Virus record (IMG/VR): IMGVR_UViG_3300031566_000116
Span: 1 to 42,459 of that record
Length of the DNA: 42,459 bases
Direction: 5' to 3' (one strand)
Source of the DNA: a virus
This document shows, one piece after another, positions 27,801 to 38,809 of the stretch; positions within the stretch are counted from its first letter, which is position 1, and each line of letters starts with the position of its first letter. A model generated the notes under the pieces. The model made no database searches and was not told the origin of the DNA. It saw only the letters and a program-made list of their open reading frames with translations. The position numbers and the translations under genes were made by a program.

Positions 27801-30800
27801 TATACTAAATTTGAAAGTGTGTAAAATTTCAACCCCGCGCCTGTTATGGTCGAGCCTACTTGTGTTAAATCAGGCTTTAATTTATCCCCAACTACCCCGC
27901 TGGTATTGCTTATCGTTGAGGTCGTGCCATAAAACTCACCTACTAAAATCGTTATCGTTGCAATTGATACGCCATTCAATAAAACGCTTACTAAAATATT
28001 TGCATCGGTGGGCGCGGTGGTAACTCCAATTGCAAATGCGGTGAATGTTTGCGCTCGTGTTATTGTTATCGTTGCATCATTTTCAGCAGGTACTAAATCG
28101 CTTGTTTCGTCACTCATCGCAATAGATGGGTCGGGGTGATAAACGGAATCATTTATAGGCTCTATAAGAAAGTCGCCAGTAGTGTAGCCAGCCCCTATGC
28201 GAGTTACAAGCGATGAACTCGGCACGCTTAGTAAGATAGAACCGAGTGTCTCTTCTATATCTATTGTTAAACTGCCAACGACTAAAACTTGTTTACCTAG
28301 CTGCCAATTTACCCCCAAACTTGGATAATTAGATGTTAAAACCGCGATTAATTTAGTCATCGACAAATCGACAAGTTTTACCCAGCTACCATCTCCTCCG
28401 TCGTCTGGTTTTACCCCCGTCTCATTGCTTGAATTAAAGCTGTAAACAGCTTGCTCATCTGTTACGATAACATCATCCCCGTCGCTGTAATTTGTGATAC
28501 TACGCAATGAGTTTTTAGTTAGTGAAGCAATAGAGGATGAACCAGCCACCGTTGTGGCAGTTGTTCCTATTCGCTCCCAACTGCCTGTGGGGTTGGTTGT
28601 TTCGTCGTACAAATCCGCTTCGGGATTAATCCCCTGAGCTACGTCAACGCGCGACAAATACAAGTAGTTAGTTTGAAAATCAACATCGCCAGAAGCTAGA
28701 TTTACGTAGCTGACATAGCTGTTAATTCGATATCCTAAAAATCCATCTGGCGCGACATTCGCAATATCAAAAGGCTCGGTTGTTTCAACATCTATAACAG
28801 TAACAGAACCACCGCCAGCGGCTTGGTTAAAGCCTAGCCAACATTGGCCAGTATCTTGTGATTCCGATTCCGATGCAAGAAGCCCGCTGCCATTTAAGCG
28901 CGTCATCCCGATATAATACACTTCGTTTCCGTAAATAACACTATTTACTCTCACCTCACCATGTCCTCTTCGACCAATTCCATTGTGATAAATCCCATCA
29001 AATGTGATGATTGAGCCAACTGCTAAATTCCCAATAAAACTAGCAATCGAGCTGCTGTTTTGGGTTGAATTGAAATATGATCTATGAATATACATTTCAG
29101 TTGCCAAGGTAAAGGTGTTGTTAAAACCGAACTGATTTTCGCTTGGCAATGTGACAATACTATCATTAAAATGATACCTATATCCAACCGAACTTGGCAA
29201 ATCTATTGTAATATCCGCTGCGGCTGCGATTGTTAAGTCCTTATTTGGAAATGTGTAGGTATAATTAGCTACCAACGACTCAGGGTTAAGCGTTGCATAT
29301 TTTGTACGTGCAGCGTTATATATGCGTCCTCGCTTACTCTCCATTTCTAAATTCAAATCGGCTTGATTTTCGCTTAATAGTGTAGTGGTTGGCACAGTAA
29401 CCGAGTTAATGGCTGTTATGTCATCTAGGCCAGCAATAGTAATATCTTTATCTTGAATAGTTAGCTCTCTAGTTGTGCCAGTTGATACTCCCGCTACATT
29501 TAGATTAACTATTTTTGTGACGTCGGTAGCATCTGAAACTGCAAACACTCCAGAACTAACAGGCCATGAAACACCGCCGGCTCCAGTTACTCCACCCACT
29601 ATAATGCCAGGCTTTGCACCTCTTAAATCTGTTGTTTCCTCAACAATCCAAGTATTTACTGAATGCTGAATTAATGCCTTACAGATTAAAAATCCAGTAC
29701 CTACATAGTCCGTTGGAAAGTTGTAATTAGTGTAACTATTTTCGTCAGATGAGGCATCTGCAATATTAGCATAAGAGCCCCCAGGCAGTAACATCATTAA
29801 CCTACAATCTCTGTCATTCTCAGAGACAACGCCAAAAAATACTACATTGAAATATTTACCAAGTGCCGCGCCTGTGCTGTCTATCGTCGTAGCGTTTAGG
29901 TTTGTAATTCTGTTGTAGGGCGTAGTGGGGTTGTTTACTACATAAATGCCGCTCCCTGTTTGGCTGTTAAATATAGGAAACGAATGAGGGTGCAGTTGTA
30001 GCACATTGCCAGCGGTTGTTGAAATATATATGCTATCAGGTGAGCCAGTCACGCGGGTAAACGTATAAGCCACACCGCTTTTATAAGTGGATTGCTGTTG
30101 TCTTACCCAATAATTTAAGTGTGATAAATGCCCATTATCTAAAGCTTTTTCAATATGATCAGACCACGCATGCCCTCTATACAATCCGTAATTCTGAACG
30201 CGAAGTGCGCTCGGAACAGTTGCGCTGAACAATGGGATATATTGCGTTAATGATGGAAAGTCAGCAGTAACACCAGTAGCTTTTTGAATTACTAAATTTT
30301 CATCTATCCAAATAACATTTTTAACGGGTACCGTATCAGTTCCAGCGGTTAATATTATTGAGGTTGGGACTGAAAACTCTTTAACTGCATTTTTAAAGTA
30401 ACAAACAATCGCGCCCGACGCTGAGTTATCAACACCCAGCGTAACGATTGACCCGTCACTTGTCACATCTAAGGCTACACTATACTGAGTGGTTCCCGTG
30501 TAGAAATTAAACGCGTCCTCTTTATTACCTTTTTTTGCAATGCGAACTTTAAAAATACCAGTAGTTACTCCAACTTTCATAACCTGCCCCATCTCAACGC
30601 GATAGCTTGGAGTGTTAGGAGGTGTTAATGTTATTTCGCCAGGCGTTTCAGATAAAAAGTAATTTTGATTAGCGGTTAATAATGAGGTGTCCGTGTCGTT
30701 AATGTCGCCAAATGGAACACACTCGCCAGCCTCATCTATTCCAAAGGGGTGTGTAGTCATTGCTAAAATGCCAGTTGCAGCCATTTTAATATTAGCACCT

Positions 30801-31504
30801 GCTAATGCTATCGTTGGTAGCCCTGTTGTAGCATCAAACCCGCTGATATAAACAGCCTTTAACTCATCAATGACAACGCCAGTTTTATTAATAACTCTAT
30901 CCCACATCTCAGAGCCTATCTGAAGGCTGGAATTGGGTCTATCATTGTATAAAGTTAGGCGTTTTAAATCCGAGTTGTAGTATATCTTTCCTTCTTCGTA
31001 CGTTTGCTCTAGTGCAGTTTGAGGATTTAGAACAATAGAATTAAACTTATTCCCCCCCTGCGCTATCCAAGTTCCAGCGGCTAATTCAGCATCAAAATCG
31101 GATGAATTAAAAGGCAGTGTGGTATCTGATTTTAATAGATACAGATCGTCACCTTTAGCCACTAATGTAGCCGTGTTATTGTATACACCAACCTTCCACC
31201 TACTAAAATTTGAAACGGTTGCTTTTGATACTTCCGTCCAGTAAGAAGAGCCATCAGAAGGGGGGTTGCCTTCGTTACCATTATCATCTGAAGCCCATAG
31301 TTTATCGGAATACTCAACAATATAACCACTCACATAGGTTTCAGCACTATACCATGTTGGGATACTCTCATTACCACCTCCAATATCGCTAAGTTTTAAC
31401 AGCTCTAAAGCGTTGGTGTCGTTGTTTAACACTAGCATTTTTCCGTTTGTTATCTCCCCTAGAGCTTCGGGATAATCTCGATAATCTTTTACTATTATTG
31501 CCAT
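27800..31504 (-). CDS. tail fibre / host-specificity protein (1234 aa)
   Basis: This is the largest ORF, downstream of the baseplate-position genes. It is Ser/Thr/Gly/Asn-rich and looks beta-rich. Assigned by size and synteny. Confidence 0.55.
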   Translation of the reverse strand: MAIIVKDYRDYPEALGEITNGKMLVLNNDTNALELLKLSDIGGGNESIPTWYSAETYVSGYIVEYSDKLWASDDNGNEGNPPSDGSSYWTEVSKATVSNFSRWKVGVYNNTATLVAKGDDLYLLKSDTTLPFNSSDFDAELAAGTWIAQGGNKFNSIVLNPQTALEQTYEEGKIYYNSDLKRLTLYNDRPNSSLQIGSEMWDRVINKTGVVIDELKAVYISGFDATTGLPTIALAGANIKMAATGILAMTTHPFGIDEAGECVPFGDINDTDTSLLTANQNYFLSETPGEITLTPPNTPSYRVEMGQVMKVGVTTGIFKVRIAKKGNKEDAFNFYTGTTQYSVALDVTSDGSIVTLGVDNSASGAIVCYFKNAVKEFSVPTSIILTAGTDTVPVKNVIWIDENLVIQKATGVTADFPSLTQYIPLFSATVPSALRVQNYGLYRGHAWSDHIEKALDNGHLSHLNYWVRQQQSTYKSGVAYTFTRVTGSPDSIYISTTAGNVLQLHPHSFPIFNSQTGSGIYVVNNPTTPYNRITNLNATTIDSTGAALGKYFNVVFFGVVSENDRDCRLMMLLPGGSYANIADASSDENSYTNYNFPTDYVGTGFLICKALIQHSVNTWIVEETTDLRGAKPGIIVGGVTGAGGVSWPVSSGVFAVSDATDVTKIVNLNVAGVSTGTTRELTIQDKDITIAGLDDITAINSVTVPTTTLLSENQADLNLEMESKRGRIYNAARTKYATLNPESLVANYTYTFPNKDLTIAAAADITIDLPSSVGYRYHFNDSIVTLPSENQFGFNNTFTLATEMYIHRSYFNSTQNSSSIASFIGNLAVGSIITFDGIYHNGIGRRGHGEVRVNSVIYGNEVYYIGMTRLNGSGLLASESESQDTGQCWLGFNQAAGGGSVTVIDVETTEPFDIANVAPDGFLGYRINSYVSYVNLASGDVDFQTNYLYLSRVDVAQGINPEADLYDETTNPTGSWERIGTTATTVAGSSSIASLTKNSLRSITNYSDGDDVIVTDEQAVYSFNSSNETGVKPDDGGDGSWVKLVDLSMTKLIAVLTSNYPSLGVNWQLGKQVLVVGSLTIDIEETLGSILLSVPSSSLVTRIGAGYTTGDFLIEPINDSVYHPDPSIAMSDETSDLVPAENDATITITRAQTFTAFAIGVTTAPTDANILVSVLLNGVSIATITILVGEFYGTTSTISNTSGVVGDKLKPDLTQVGSTITGAGLKFYTLSNLV

Positions 31505-31507
31505 ATT

Positions 31508-33580
31508 TTAAATATTATCTCCTATTGCTATTTCCGTGCTACTTCCTATTACTTGCTGTGATTCCGTCACTAAACCGCTGTAAGTTGTGATGCTCTCACT
31601 ATCTTGTTGGTAACTTCTATTCACTTTTTGGAATGGATTGCGTTCTGATATTCTACTTTCAACCTCTAAAGATTCGCCCCTTACAAATTTAACATTATTT
31701 ATTAACAAATTACTCATGCCCGACGCGTACGCTATTTTTCTTACGATGTAGAAAGGATAAAGCATACCTTCAAAATTAAAACTTGTTCTTATTAATGTCT
31801 TTAAAATCGTTTTCTTTCCGTAATCGGTCTGGAAATCATCTGAATCCTCACTAATAACACCGTCAATAAACCTACTTGCGAGCCTTAACCGAAAGACTGA
31901 GCCTGTTGTAAAATCTAATTCCCCTGTATTTTCATCATTCGAATAATCAAATATAACTGTATTTTTTGTTGATACTTTTTTAATCGGTTCACTATGCCAT
32001 GAAACATCGGGGTAATTTAGGTTATCATCCGTCGCGCTTATTAAGATTGAATAAATATTACCTAAAGTTAAAGCTGAACCAACAAGACTAAATTCATATA
32101 CATTGTAATCTAGTTTGTTGTAACTAGTTCGGATAATCCCAGTCGTTGGGTCGTTACCAGTAAACGTAAGGTCTAAAACCACACCCCAATACCCCGTGTT
32201 CTGGTCTTTATAAGTTCCTAAAGTAGAATAAGAGCCATTTAGTAGCGTAGTGCCTGTAATAGTAAACAAAGTACCTACCTTTGCGAATTGAAACAATCCC
32301 TTTGTAGGGTTTGAATATGAGCCGTTTGATAAGGTTGTATCTACATCATAAGTATTGCCGCCTGTAAAATACATTAAAGTCTTGCCGTCGTACTCACTCC
32401 CAGCACTCGAAATAGGTCTAAATGAGCAGTCTCTCAAATCCTCTAGTAAGATATTATCAACTATTTTAGTATGTGTTAAGTTTAGCTCGTTACCTTCACA
32501 ATCGGTTGCTAATATGCTTATGTTATCGTAGTTTGTATTTATTTGATTAGTGATAATATCACACTCAGAAATGAGTTGATTGTATGGTTGCCATTCCACA
32601 TTTGGAAATTTACCTTGTTCTTTTAATTCTGAGAACAAAGCATTATCCCAATTAGCTATATTGTTGCAATCATCAAAATTAGTAACAGGAACAAATCTCA
32701 GCGGGTTTGCTTTTGGAATGTTAAAATAAGCGTCTGGCTTGTCTGCGGATATTCCCACTATTTCAAAACCTATGCTTTGTACCGCTCCGAAATTGTCACG
32801 AACATACATAGTATAAGAGCCAGCCAATATGCCCGTAAAGCTAGCTTGTGAATACCATACTATCTGATCTAAACTATATTCTTTAATTGTAGAAATATCA
32901 CCTAATACAGTTGAGGTATTAGCTGTTACCGTTGCTCCATCTGCCGACTCAATAACTCCACAAGCTGAGATAGTCCATTGGTCAACCGTGGGCATTGGGT
33001 ATGTCGTTGAGAAATCGTCACTATCTGTTATCGCTAGATTAACAAGCGGTAAAGGTGGCTGCCTTAAATAGTCGAAAAACAAATCCTCTTCAAATTCTGC
33101 AAGCTTCACGACTGGCGCGGTAATGTCAAAATCTGAAGCCCCGTAAGCTACTGTAATATTAAATCTTGCGTGAGTGTTTCGATCTGCTGCGTCTGCTTGT
33201 TCAGCCGTTACGCTTGTAACATTAAAAACTGGCAATGGTTCGCTGGATTCGGTATATACAGCGGTAATATTTGCAGGAAATGATAAGGCCGTGAAATGGT
33301 CTGAATAATCAACCGCCTCAATGGTTATAACATAGCCCTCTTCGCTATTACCCTCTCGACTTAGATTAAAATAACCCCCGTAATCCGCTAACAAGGCGTT
33401 ATAATAGCCGTTAGAAGTCGGCTCTAGCGCGTCTGTTATTGTGAATTGAAACGGAGTTGCACGAACAGAGGCGCCAGTCTCGGTCACTCTCAATCCGTTC
33501 AAAGTAGATGAGAAAGCTAATACATCACCTATCTCAGATTCTGCCGCCCATGTAAGTTCTAATTTTGCGTAATTTGCCAT
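31508..33580 (-). CDS. tail tip / baseplate protein (Tal position, 690 aa)
   Basis: This is the second gene after the tape measure. Assigned by synteny only. Confidence 0.45.
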   Translation of the reverse strand: MANYAKLELTWAAESEIGDVLAFSSTLNGLRVTETGASVRATPFQFTITDALEPTSNGYYNALLADYGGYFNLSREGNSEEGYVITIEAVDYSDHFTALSFPANITAVYTESSEPLPVFNVTSVTAEQADAADRNTHARFNITVAYGASDFDITAPVVKLAEFEEDLFFDYLRQPPLPLVNLAITDSDDFSTTYPMPTVDQWTISACGVIESADGATVTANTSTVLGDISTIKEYSLDQIVWYSQASFTGILAGSYTMYVRDNFGAVQSIGFEIVGISADKPDAYFNIPKANPLRFVPVTNFDDCNNIANWDNALFSELKEQGKFPNVEWQPYNQLISECDIITNQINTNYDNISILATDCEGNELNLTHTKIVDNILLEDLRDCSFRPISSAGSEYDGKTLMYFTGGNTYDVDTTLSNGSYSNPTKGLFQFAKVGTLFTITGTTLLNGSYSTLGTYKDQNTGYWGVVLDLTFTGNDPTTGIIRTSYNKLDYNVYEFSLVGSALTLGNIYSILISATDDNLNYPDVSWHSEPIKKVSTKNTVIFDYSNDENTGELDFTTGSVFRLRLASRFIDGVISEDSDDFQTDYGKKTILKTLIRTSFNFEGMLYPFYIVRKIAYASGMSNLLINNVKFVRGESLEVESRISERNPFQKVNRSYQQDSESITTYSGLVTESQQVIGSSTEIAIGDNI

Positions 33581-33583
33581 ATT

Positions 33584-35785
33584 TTACATATTTGCCTGAG
33601 TACCTTTGAAACTTCCTTTCATCTCAGCTATATTGTTTGTTGCTAATTCTATATAAAAAAATACATCGGTACCGTTGCTTACAAATTTAAACAAACCATT
33701 CGGATATTGTTCTATCAAATCCCATTGGGTTTTCGTTATCGGCAAATCACCAATCAACCATGTTTTATTTAGCATCAACGGAGAATCTAGAATATTTATA
33801 GGTATGCTATCACCTTCCACAACTTCTGATTCATCAACCTTTTTGCTTACTAATCCGTTGTTGCTTGCCGATTTTGTAAGTACTAAAGAGCCTACATTGT
33901 TCAATTCTTGCAAGCATCCATTTACAACAGCTCCCCACTCTCGCAGCATTCGCGCGGGCGTGATGCCTAAATTGTAAGCTAATGATGGGGATAAAATACC
34001 CGTCACACTCTCATAGTCAATCCCACGAATAGGTATTAATTCGGCTGTGCCTGTGTATTTCATCGCTTCGATTATGAAAATATCCTTATCGTTTTGCGTG
34101 TCACCGTCGGGATTTGATGCGTACTGCTCGCGCCTCGTTTGTTCAATCGCGTATGATTCTGCTATCCAATTAGTAACTAAATCTAATTCGTTATCAATGG
34201 TTAAGGGCGTTGAATAATTAACTTCTCCATGAATAACATTTAAACCGTTCAAATTATCTAACTCAATATCATCATACCCAACTTTTACAGAGCCGTAGGT
34301 CAAATCACTATTAACACTCATCTCAACATCTGCAATGGCTTCACCAAAATTTAAAACTTCGCTACCGGTACCAAAAACATAACCGTATTTTTCTATTCTA
34401 AAAACCTCAATATCTCCTTTGTATTCAATGCCAGCAACTAGGTTTTTTGTTTTGATATAATTCTCTAAAATATCTTTGAATTTTGAGTTGAAAGGATTTT
34501 CTTCTATTGGAAGGTTTCTCAGCATGTGCCCATCCTGCAAAGCTAAATACGCCCCTTCTCCGTCCTCATCATATCCTAAATCGGTTCTACCAAAATAATT
34601 AGAATAAAAAGCGTTTTTATTTCCAGTTATAACCTCAATCATTTGGGTGAAATATTCGTGAGGTAAAATACAGTTTGAAGTAGTTGCATCAAAATAGCTG
34701 ACTGAATTGCTAGTTATACTAACAGTATTTAATCCCTTTTCTTCTTCTAAGTACCCATCAAAAAAAACATTTCCGATAATACCAATGTCAGAGCCTAACG
34801 GGTCACCCTCTTTAGTCACAACGAATGAAATGTAAAACTGTAAGCTATCACCCTCTGCAATCTCGATAGTTTCTGTTTTTTGATAGTCGACACTTGCATA
34901 CCATCCATCATGTGGGGTTAGCTCCGTTGGCGTAAAGTCTGGTATTACCCCAGTTTGCACGGTTTCTAAATCTCCTTTTAAATTACCATCAGCATCTATT
35001 TGTCTGCGCGTCACGTAATACACGCAGTTTTGAGAGCTTAGTCTTGAAAATCTAAAATTAGCGTTTATGGTTTGTGTGATTGTTTTTGCGCTGTCAGATT
35101 CCAAATAGTAAGAGAAATACAAAGGGACATCACCTTGATATCTTGTCATGTCAAGGAATACACTCTTATAGTTTTCGTCTGGATTATATGTAACCTTCGT
35201 GGGAATTGCTAAAAAGTAGCTATCAGTACCAACAAGCGCATAACGTTCACCCTCGGCAATTAATAAATCATCATCAAAAGCCAGCTCACTATTCAGCTCT
35301 AAGGTTCTATCAGGTAAATAAATAGTTTTTAATAAGGTGGTGTAATCAGTCACAGCCTCACCATCTAAGCCTACCAACGTAGTGAGGTTTATTTTTTCTT
35401 TTTCGCCCGTGGTTATTTTATTGGAAAAGCTACTATCTACAAAATTAATCTCACCTACTAGCTCTTTTCTGCTTAACGTTGCGAAATCGGCAACCATTGG
35501 AAAGCCATCACCTAACGGAGTATAACTAAAAGCATCTCGGTTATCATTGCCCACCTCTATAATAAATGAGGTATAGGCGTTTGTTCCGTACATATCCGCG
35601 CTTCTATAAAGTCTTTGCTTAATGTCGTGAACGAATGAGAATGAGTTTGTAAGTTTACGTACTACACCGCGATAAGATTCTGAACGTACCAAACTAGCTT
35701 CGATTGAATCCCAGTTTTCAACCTTCTCAGTTCCAAAGGTGGTGATACCGTCCCCATCTTCTAAAGTAAACCTTATAGTGCTCAT
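33584..35785 (-). CDS. distal tail / baseplate protein (Dit position, 733 aa)
   Basis: It immediately follows, and overlaps by 4 nt, the tape measure gene. Assigned by synteny only. Confidence 0.45.
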   Translation of the reverse strand: MSTIRFTLEDGDGITTFGTEKVENWDSIEASLVRSESYRGVVRKLTNSFSFVHDIKQRLYRSADMYGTNAYTSFIIEVGNDNRDAFSYTPLGDGFPMVADFATLSRKELVGEINFVDSSFSNKITTGEKEKINLTTLVGLDGEAVTDYTTLLKTIYLPDRTLELNSELAFDDDLLIAEGERYALVGTDSYFLAIPTKVTYNPDENYKSVFLDMTRYQGDVPLYFSYYLESDSAKTITQTINANFRFSRLSSQNCVYYVTRRQIDADGNLKGDLETVQTGVIPDFTPTELTPHDGWYASVDYQKTETIEIAEGDSLQFYISFVVTKEGDPLGSDIGIIGNVFFDGYLEEEKGLNTVSITSNSVSYFDATTSNCILPHEYFTQMIEVITGNKNAFYSNYFGRTDLGYDEDGEGAYLALQDGHMLRNLPIEENPFNSKFKDILENYIKTKNLVAGIEYKGDIEVFRIEKYGYVFGTGSEVLNFGEAIADVEMSVNSDLTYGSVKVGYDDIELDNLNGLNVIHGEVNYSTPLTIDNELDLVTNWIAESYAIEQTRREQYASNPDGDTQNDKDIFIIEAMKYTGTAELIPIRGIDYESVTGILSPSLAYNLGITPARMLREWGAVVNGCLQELNNVGSLVLTKSASNNGLVSKKVDESEVVEGDSIPINILDSPLMLNKTWLIGDLPITKTQWDLIEQYPNGLFKFVSNGTDVFFYIELATNNIAEMKGSFKGTQANM

Positions 35786-38220
35786 CGTGCAAATCGTTTA
35801 ATTAAATCATCCGTTCTTTTAAGACTATCTAAGCCGCTGCGTTTTTTAGGCCTGTTGTTTTTCATCTCATTAATCATTCTATCACTATGTCTTTCAAATG
35901 ACTTCTCAACTGCAGCTGCTATCATCTTACTTTGCGTATCATCATTGATATTAACAACTGATTTTATCATCTCTTTTCTTGTGATATTATCTAAGATTTT
36001 AGCGGACTCAACACCACTCCAAACCTTCGCACCCTTATACTCATCACCAAATAAGGTAGGTTTATCTACAAGCGAAATTTTACCTTTATGCTTCATAAAT
36101 TCAGGGCGTTTTTCACCAGCTAAGAAACCGCCATCAGGGGCTGAGTTTACTCCTTTATCAAATGCGGGTAAAGACTTCGCTAGTATAGCAGCTGCAGCGG
36201 CTGCTCCAGTACCTATAACTAATGGTATTTGAGACAATGCAATAGGGGCAAATGCTGCTGTAAGAGGATTAGCCAATAAGACTGCAGCTGTCGCTTGAAT
36301 AGCTGCCACCTTTTTGGCTGTATCAATAGCTACTTCTGTGGCTTGCACGGCCTGACCGAATAAAAATTGTTTCTTTTCAAGCTCCCTTTGCTTCTTCTCC
36401 TTCTCGTTTATCTTCGCGTCGCGTTCGGCTTCAATAGCTGACCTTACCTCATCATCTAATTTGTCGTTATCTAAACGTGTGTCATATTCTGCTGTGATGG
36501 CTTCCGTCTCATCGGTTAGTTTAGAGATGGCATAATCAAACAATGAATCCCCAATTGATACAGCCGTGTCAAATCCCTGTTGTAATAATTCAGCTTTTAA
36601 CTCCTTTCTTCGCTCCTCATGCTCTTGCAATATACGCGTTTTCTCTTCTTCTTTTTCAAGATAAAGCTCTATTTCGGCATCGTTTAACTTGTCCATATCA
36701 GCAAGCACAGCCTCGTCATCTATTACCCCAGCTTCTTTTATTTGCGCTGGTACTTCCGCTAATTTTTCCTGAGATACTTTTAATTCTTTGTTTTTTACTA
36801 TTGTTTCATCAGTAGTTTTGTTTAATGCTTTTTGTAAAGTATTTCTTTGGTTTGCGCTCCTTCTCGTTTGGGTAAAAAAGTTCGATTCAGCATCTATCAC
36901 CTCAGAATATGCAACTACTACCCTATCAAGTTCAGAGTCTTTAGTCTTGCCGTACTTCTTAAACACCTCTAAGTACGCAAGCTCTTCCTTTGTTAATGAT
37001 GCAAAATGTTCTTTGTGTTGTTTTAAAACAGACTTGTAATAATCAGCGTCGCCAGTTTGTCTAGCTGATTTTCTCTCAGCTTCTAAGTCTAACGTTCTGA
37101 TAGCTCGCTTCCTTAAATCTTCTTGCGCATCGTAGTTCTTAATAAAAGATAATGTTTCTTCTTCGTTTAATCCAGTTAACGCTTGAACCACCGCAAGTTC
37201 AGTGCTTAGTTGTTGGTTGGCTATCGAAACCCTTTGTTCTGCTAATTTTTTCTCAATTGTTATAATTTTTTCGGACGCAACTATTCTCTCATCTTTAGAA
37301 AGATTTACATTGTCAACATCTTGTTTTAATTCCTCAGTTTCCAAGCGCCCTTCTTTTTCTGCAATAGTCATGCCTCTACGCCTATCACCCAAATCATCTA
37401 AGGCGGCCGCGTATGCCTCACCAGCTTTTATAGCTTTTTCAAAGTTGCTTATCATATTCAACAAGTCTCCAGTTGCGATTGACTTCTTAAAACTCTCCCA
37501 GCCTTGTTTCATGCCTTCAATAGTCATAGCGAAGGAGTCACCGCTCACTTGTGTAGAATCGATGACCTCCTTCCCTACTCTCATTGCTCCACTTGCGGCT
37601 GCGATTGCGGCGGTGACTGCTAACAATCCCCCTTTTACTTTATTCCATGCGTCTGTATATTTTCCTACACTCCTTTGATTTTGTCCTAATGAGGCATCTA
37701 TTTTTTTTAACTTAGCGTCTAATTTTGTAATTTCCGATGCTGCTGTTTTAAATTCGTTAGAGCTTAACCCGAATTGAACCGCGACATCTTTTGCCTTGTT
37801 TCTTAATTCTGTTAATTTTTTACTCTCCTGAGCGTAAGCGCTTGTAAGTTTCGCGGTGGCGGCTGTTTGTTTCGCGGCTATTGTTGCCTCCTGTTGTGCT
37901 GTCCTATTTTTGGTCTGCATCGCCTTTTCTTGCGCGATAGTAGTGCGTGCGACATCTTGCTTTAGCTTCTCTTCCTTCTGTAATAAATCGAGCTGTGTTT
38001 TAGTTAGCGCGTTTGCTTCATTTTTGATAGTAGATAGGTCTTTAGCTGCTTTATTATATGCGGCTATTCCTGTATTGTTAGCAAACGTCTCGTTTAATTT
38101 CTTGCCGTCTGCAATAATCAAATTAAGATTGTCGATGGTAGTTTTTAGCGCTACGTTAAGGTCTGTAAATGCCTTTTGAACACTGCTATCTATTACATTA
38201 CTACTTTTTATTGGAGGCAT
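35782..38220 (-). CDS. tail tape measure protein
   Basis: 812 aa. It is strongly helical with Ala/Lys/Glu-rich coiled-coil stretches and a hydrophobic Gly/Ala block (PLVIGTGAAAAAAILAKSLPAF). Sits downstream of the chaperone pair. Confidence 0.8.
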   Translation of the reverse strand: MPPIKSSNVIDSSVQKAFTDLNVALKTTIDNLNLIIADGKKLNETFANNTGIAAYNKAAKDLSTIKNEANALTKTQLDLLQKEEKLKQDVARTTIAQEKAMQTKNRTAQQEATIAAKQTAATAKLTSAYAQESKKLTELRNKAKDVAVQFGLSSNEFKTAASEITKLDAKLKKIDASLGQNQRSVGKYTDAWNKVKGGLLAVTAAIAAASGAMRVGKEVIDSTQVSGDSFAMTIEGMKQGWESFKKSIATGDLLNMISNFEKAIKAGEAYAAALDDLGDRRRGMTIAEKEGRLETEELKQDVDNVNLSKDERIVASEKIITIEKKLAEQRVSIANQQLSTELAVVQALTGLNEEETLSFIKNYDAQEDLRKRAIRTLDLEAERKSARQTGDADYYKSVLKQHKEHFASLTKEELAYLEVFKKYGKTKDSELDRVVVAYSEVIDAESNFFTQTRRSANQRNTLQKALNKTTDETIVKNKELKVSQEKLAEVPAQIKEAGVIDDEAVLADMDKLNDAEIELYLEKEEEKTRILQEHEERRKELKAELLQQGFDTAVSIGDSLFDYAISKLTDETEAITAEYDTRLDNDKLDDEVRSAIEAERDAKINEKEKKQRELEKKQFLFGQAVQATEVAIDTAKKVAAIQATAAVLLANPLTAAFAPIALSQIPLVIGTGAAAAAAILAKSLPAFDKGVNSAPDGGFLAGEKRPEFMKHKGKISLVDKPTLFGDEYKGAKVWSGVESAKILDNITRKEMIKSVVNINDDTQSKMIAAAVEKSFERHSDRMINEMKNNRPKKRSGLDSLKRTDDLIKRFAR

Positions 38221-38809
38221 CAGCTATGTATTTAATGTAGTCGTTTTCATATGTTAGGAATTGCAATAAACTTATCTTCTTAGTATCAATTGCAACCTTC
38301 CTATATTTTTCAATTGCATTTATTAATTGCTCATCAGTCACGCTTTCGCCTACTGTTTTGCTATTCTTTGCCTTTTCAAGCTCTAAAATGTCTGTGACTA
38401 ATGTATCTAACGAGCGTTTTATATTAACACATTGAGCGTAAACATCCACACTAAAATCAATATCGTAGCCTAGTTCGCTCAGAAAATCAATACTAACACC
38501 TATTAAATCGGGTTTATCTGAAAACATCTCAACCTGAGACAAGGCAATTAAACAAAGCGTGCGCTCGGTGTCTAGTTCTAATATCTCACGATCTAAATCA
38601 AAGTAGGCGCTTGCTGTTGGTCGCTTTACAATCTCGTCATTATATTGAGAAAGTATTTTATCATAAGCTGCCTGTACATCATCGGTCAGTTTTATACTAT
38701 CAATATCAAGGTAATTATCAAGATATACTAAGTATCTTAAATCGCTCTTTCTGTTAGCTTGTTGCCAATTCCAATATGGCACATTATCAATATCATTAAA
38801 TACTCTCAT
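38201..38809 (-). CDS. tail assembly chaperone, T-like part (202 aa), also reachable by a -1 frameshift from the upstream ORF
   Basis: Position between the major tail protein and the tape measure. Its ATG lies in the -1 frame immediately after the slippery G_GGT_TTA of ORF 38806..39237. Confidence 0.5.
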   Translation of the reverse strand: MRVFNDIDNVPYWNWQQANRKSDLRYLVYLDNYLDIDSIKLTDDVQAAYDKILSQYNDEIVKRPTASAYFDLDREILELDTERTLCLIALSQVEMFSDKPDLIGVSIDFLSELGYDIDFSVDVYAQCVNIKRSLDTLVTDILELEKAKNSKTVGESVTDEQLINAIEKYRKVAIDTKKISLLQFLTYENDYIKYIADASNKK